Shown here: one piece after another, positions 60,971-64,000 of the stretch | Layout: each line of letters starts with the position of its first letter | Numbering within the stretch: position 1 is the first letter of the stretch | Source of the DNA: a virus | Taxonomy: Duplodnaviria; Caudoviricetes | Reading direction: 5' to 3' (one strand) | IMG/VR virus record: IMGVR_UViG_2900277485_000004 | Span: 1,965-65,964 of that record | DNA: 64,000 nucleotides | Made by a program: the position numbers and the translations under genes | The notes under the pieces: generated by a model | The model's input: the letters and a program-made list of their open reading frames with translations, nothing else | Database searches by the model: none | Told to the model about the DNA's origin: nothing

Positions 60971-61057
60971 TCAACCTCGAATGACGAATGACCCATATAA
61001 GATGCACGGCGTCCCATCGGTTGGCGCAGTCTCAATCGGCTGCCATTCGCTCATCAT
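60971..61057 (-). pseudogene. N-terminal fragment of a DUF551-like gene
   Basis: MMSEWQPIETAPTDGTPCILYGSFVIRG-stop; GGAG RBS. Confidence 0.7.
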
Positions 61058-61167
61058 CGTCTCCGCTCATCCAGCCGCTTCGCCGCCCGTCTCGACCAGA
61101 CCACCGCACCCCAGGTGCAGGATAGGACCAGGGTGGAGGTGAGAGCGAGGTAGGGACCGAGGGTCAT
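61054..61167 (-). CDS. Small single-TM peptide
   Basis: MTLGPYLALTSTLVLSCTWGAVVWSRRAAKR; overlaps the DUF551 start. Confidence 0.4.
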   Translation of the reverse strand: MTLGPYLALTSTLVLSCTWGAVVWSRRAAKRLDERRR

Positions 61168-61212
61168 GGCAGCAGGCTATCATCTGGGCGTCGCCACGCT
61201 AGGGCGTGAAGA

Positions 61213-61425
61213 TCACCACTGAGATGGCGGCAAATAGCTACGCAGGCGCGCCATCGCGACTTGTATGCCTGCTTCGCCATCGGGGTACGGCAATGTCGTA
61301 GGGCCTCCGTAAACAAGCGCCTCCGCATCCGAGACATCATCCCATGCGGCGTGGGTAGGGCCGCCGTTGGATGCGAGCGCCCGCACGCGAGCAATCAGAC
61401 CCTGCATCTCTTCCAGGGATGTCAT
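61213..61425 (-). CDS. Hypothetical protein
   Basis: GGAGAGG RBS. Confidence 0.55.
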   Translation of the reverse strand: MTSLEEMQGLIARVRALASNGGPTHAAWDDVSDAEALVYGGPTTLPYPDGEAGIQVAMARLRSYLPPSQW

Positions 61426-61487
61426 CCTCTCCTCCCCTCACTCCGCTGTCGCGTCCTGCCAGCCGGTGGCCGCTTCGACCCCTGACG

Positions 61488-61841
61488 CTAGAAAAACTCA
61501 GACGTGTTGCTGAACCTGTATCCTTCCGCGTCGGACCATTCGCAATCGCGCGGGCTCGGGCCCCAGGAAGACGCTGGCGCAGTTCGGGATGTCCAACCAC
61601 CCTTTTTTGCCTCAACTATGTTGATTAGATCGGCCAGGGTGATCGTGTCGCCGTATTCATTAAGGATCGTGCGATCCTTGAGGTAGTCCTTCCAAGCTGC
61701 AAAGCTGGTAAGCCCGTGCTCGGGATACGGCGCGAAGAGAAATTCCCAGCCGCCCGACGACTTGCCGATGTGGAGCTTTTCGCCACCCTCTCCGCAGCAC
61801 GGGCAAGGCGGCTTAAAATCAACGTAGTAATTTGTGCCCAT
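61488..61841 (-). CDS. Conserved-looking phage hypothetical protein
   Basis: MGTNYY...CPCCG...LHIGKSSGGWEFLF...ILNEYG. Confidence 0.75.
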   Translation of the reverse strand: MGTNYYVDFKPPCPCCGEGGEKLHIGKSSGGWEFLFAPYPEHGLTSFAAWKDYLKDRTILNEYGDTITLADLINIVEAKKGGWTSRTAPASSWGPSPRDCEWSDAEGYRFSNTSEFF

Positions 61842-61945
61842 TATTTACTCCATTGCGCAATGCGGGACCTGCCCGCTAGGGCGAAGACGACTTGTCGGCT
61901 TCGGGCGGGCCCAGGTGACGCGGTCCGGCGAAGCCGGATGCGCCC

Positions 61946-62620
61946 TTAGCCTTCCCCTTCTGAGGATTGAGAGAGGAGGGTGCGGGCGCGACGAAGATCA
62001 CCAATGCGGACGCTTTGGTATGGCTCGTCATCATGAAACCCCTCAGGTATTTCAGCCGCCTCTTCCGCAAACGGTCTCAGCGCCTCCCTTAGCTCCTTGT
62101 TCACCCTCTTCAGATTGTCGATAGTGTCGGGCGCCTCACCTTCGGTGATCGCGCTGGCGGGGCTATCGCCCCCGAGCCCTTGCAGGTCTCGGCCCAGAGG
62201 GCGCTCATCGCTGGCGCGCAGGGCTGCGGCGTGAGCTGCCATCGCCTCTTGGAGCGTCAGCCCGGTCCGCTCTCGCCAATCCCGCAGCCACTGGACATCG
62301 TAGGCCATCCGGTAGCCCTGTTCTGACACCCCCGGTACGGGGCGGCGAGGCCAGCCCTGCAAGTTTTGCGATGGGTGCTTCCTCATGCGGAGCAAGATCG
62401 TATCGCAAGCGTGCCGCCAGATCTGTGCGAGGCTATCACCTTCATCGGGGACGTCGTCTGCCAAGCAGCGAACTCGGCGAACGATCTCATCGGGCTCAAA
62501 CTCAGCCCACGCTTCGCGCGAGGGATCGAAATCGCTGTGCGATGAAGACGCGCGAGCGGCTTCACCTGAAAGGTGAGAGCCCGTCCCGAAGGGCGCGCCA
62601 TGTAGTCTATCCTCAATCAT
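61946..62620 (-). CDS. Modular hypothetical protein (same architecture as 1887..2672)
   Basis: Elements A and B in frame; LREALRPF...IGDLRRARTLL tail. Confidence 0.6.
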   Translation of the reverse strand: MIEDRLHGAPFGTGSHLSGEAARASSSHSDFDPSREAWAEFEPDEIVRRVRCLADDVPDEGDSLAQIWRHACDTILLRMRKHPSQNLQGWPRRPVPGVSEQGYRMAYDVQWLRDWRERTGLTLQEAMAAHAAALRASDERPLGRDLQGLGGDSPASAITEGEAPDTIDNLKRVNKELREALRPFAEEAAEIPEGFHDDEPYQSVRIGDLRRARTLLSQSSEGEG

Positions 62621-62658
62621 AATCCTCTATCCTCTTTCACAGGGAGCAGGAGGGGTGG

Positions 62659-62979
62659 TTAGGCCCCGAACTTGGCCCTTAGTCGCTCATACTCGGCACG
62701 CTGGCGATCCTCGTCTTGCTTGGCGAGTATGTTTGCCGCGGCCTGACGCGCCGATAGCTCGGCATCGGTTTCAGGTCTATAATATGAAATAGATATTTCC
62801 GTTACCGCATCGCCGTATTCAAGATGACTGCTAATATCCAGGGTGGCGCTTGCCTGGTACGACTCTGGGATGCTCAGAAGTTCATCTCTAAGCAAATCAA
62901 TGGCATCGCTCAGCTTGCCATCCAAGCTCCATCTATCTACATCCTTCGTGATGCACTTGTTCTGCCTAACGACTTTCAT
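62659..62979 (-). CDS. Hypothetical protein, AT-rich
   Basis: YYRPETDAEL...RAEYERLRAKFG. Confidence 0.65.
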   Translation of the reverse strand: MKVVRQNKCITKDVDRWSLDGKLSDAIDLLRDELLSIPESYQASATLDISSHLEYGDAVTEISISYYRPETDAELSARQAAANILAKQDEDRQRAEYERLRAKFGA

Positions 62980-63001
62980 GCTTCCATCTCCAGTATAATA
63001 G

Positions 63002-63325
63002 CTAAGCATCAGCCATTGCCAAGACCGAGAACCGAGGCACAAAGCCAGTCATCAGCTTCCCGGTCCGGCGATCCACGTTGGTCAAAATACCCATGACATC
63101 AGCCGAGAAGGCCTCATCATCAGCCTCAAGCAGATCAGCGAGGCGAAGAGAGCAGCCGTTCTGATGGACGGCGACTAGATCAATCTCCGTCAGCAAGCGA
63201 TGCACCTCGCCAGAGATCAGCCCATCCGCCTCAGCACGATCTGCGATCCGGGAGATGATAGCGCGATCCTTGGCAGTGGCTTTGAAGTTGACCATTGTCG
63301 GATCCGTGTGTGGGTGGAGCGTCAC
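63002..63325 (-). CDS. Conserved-looking phage hypothetical protein
   Basis: IDLVAVHQNGCSLRLADLLEADD...DVMGI...TGKLMTGFVPRF. Confidence 0.7.
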   Translation of the reverse strand: MTLHPHTDPTMVNFKATAKDRAIISRIADRAEADGLISGEVHRLLTEIDLVAVHQNGCSLRLADLLEADDEAFSADVMGILTNVDRRTGKLMTGFVPRFSVLAMADA

Positions 63326-63675
63326 TTGGTAGGGCCGATCGGCCGCTCCCAGCCCATGGCTTCGGCAACCTTGCTTGCGGCTTGGTTCCAGCCATAAACG
63401 ATGCCGGAGGACCGACTATGCTGTTGCAGATCTTCCCAGCAGACATCGTCATCCGCGAACGAGCCGCCAGCATAGATCAAGCGCAGAATTCCTGTCAGCC
63501 GCTTCACCTCGGCGCTCGGCTCTTCCGCCCGCGTTGTGAACTTGGCGTCCGCTGAAGAGCCTAAGCGGTCGGCTACCTCGGCGAGCATATCGCGCGTAAC
63601 GAACGCACTAGCAAAGCCGCATTCATCGCAAAAGACCACGATTTTTCTAATCTTCTCCACCAAATCATCGCTCAT
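63322..63675 (-). CDS. Hypothetical protein
   Basis: GGAGA RBS; 4-bp overlap. Confidence 0.55.
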   Translation of the reverse strand: MSDDLVEKIRKIVVFCDECGFASAFVTRDMLAEVADRLGSSADAKFTTRAEEPSAEVKRLTGILRLIYAGGSFADDDVCWEDLQQHSRSSGIVYGWNQAASKVAEAMGWERPIGPTK

Positions 63676-63733
63676 CTTCTAGTCTCCATATCTACCGATA
63701 GGTGGAGAGGCCGAAGCCTCGGGTTATGCGAAG

Positions 63734-64000
63734 CTACGGATGGCTTCCAGGGGCAGGAAACGAGTATCCCACCTTCGTCATCTGCTGCCGATCGTTGTCG
63801 AACATGATCCACCGCTCGCCGCCCCACCAGATTGTATCGCCCAACACTGGGAGGCTTTGCTGCGGCTCAGCGTAGACGCACGTCTCATCATGGACACCTG
63901 GGCCGCCCGCATTAGTCGATACGACCCAGAGGCGAAGCACTTCCCGCCCGCTCTCTAGGCGCATCGGCAAGATCTCAATCAGCTTACCGCCGCCACTCAT
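63734..64000 (-). CDS. Hypothetical protein (start at the window edge)
   Basis: 88-aa ORF; upstream context not visible. Confidence 0.5.
   Translation of the reverse strand: MSGGGKLIEILPMRLESGREVLRLWVVSTNAGGPGVHDETCVYAEPQQSLPVLGDTIWWGGERWIMFDNDRQQMTKVGYSFPAPGSHP

Larger units (their letters stand above)
59850..60975. mobile_element. Decayed ISL3-type element carrying RHH and DUF2829 genes, inserted in a DUF551 gene
   Basis: DUF551 N-terminus at 61057-60971 and C-terminus at about 59845-59754 bracket the element; exact ends uncertain. Confidence 0.6.

Noticed and set aside
1-64000. Direct circular join of position 64000 to position 1
   Set aside because: Joining gives an open but unremarkable continuation and leaves the 63734..64000 gene without an RBS; no terminal repeat is visible, so it is unsupported.

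Overview
The whole window is bacteriophage DNA: a temperate, lambda-like-organised, contractile-tailed phage of an alphaproteobacterium. The host call (probably Hyphomicrobiales) is an inference from the high GC and the MucR/Ros and alpha-type LexA domains. No host housekeeping genes, integrase, CRISPR array or reverse transcriptase are visible. Layout: leftward early operon (1-9.4 kb); CI/Cro switch with AATCGCGATT operators (9.4-10.5 kb); early-right regulators, replication initiator with internal iterons, MucR and a NusG-family antiterminator (10.5-17.85 kb); a ~1.4 kb mostly non-coding RNA block with four tRNAs and three paralogous tRNA-like structured RNAs (17.85-19.3 kb); small morons; terminase, portal, a head-fibre-like cassette, capsid, neck, sheath and tube; a P22 immI-like arc/arc/antirepressor island inside the tail genes; tail chaperones with a -1 slippery site; tape measure, baseplate, three receptor-binding proteins and lysis genes; then a mostly leftward accessory arm in which a decayed ISL3-type element carrying an RHH regulator and a DUF2829/Tad2-like gene splits a DUF551 gene. 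Strongest candidates for something new: (1) the three co-varying tRNA-like ncRNAs at 18453-18977; (2) the IS-borne Tad2-like anti-defence cassette; (3) a capsid-decoration-type domain shared between the head cassette and an 832-aa beta-helix fibre. All family assignments come from motif recognition by eye, not database searches.
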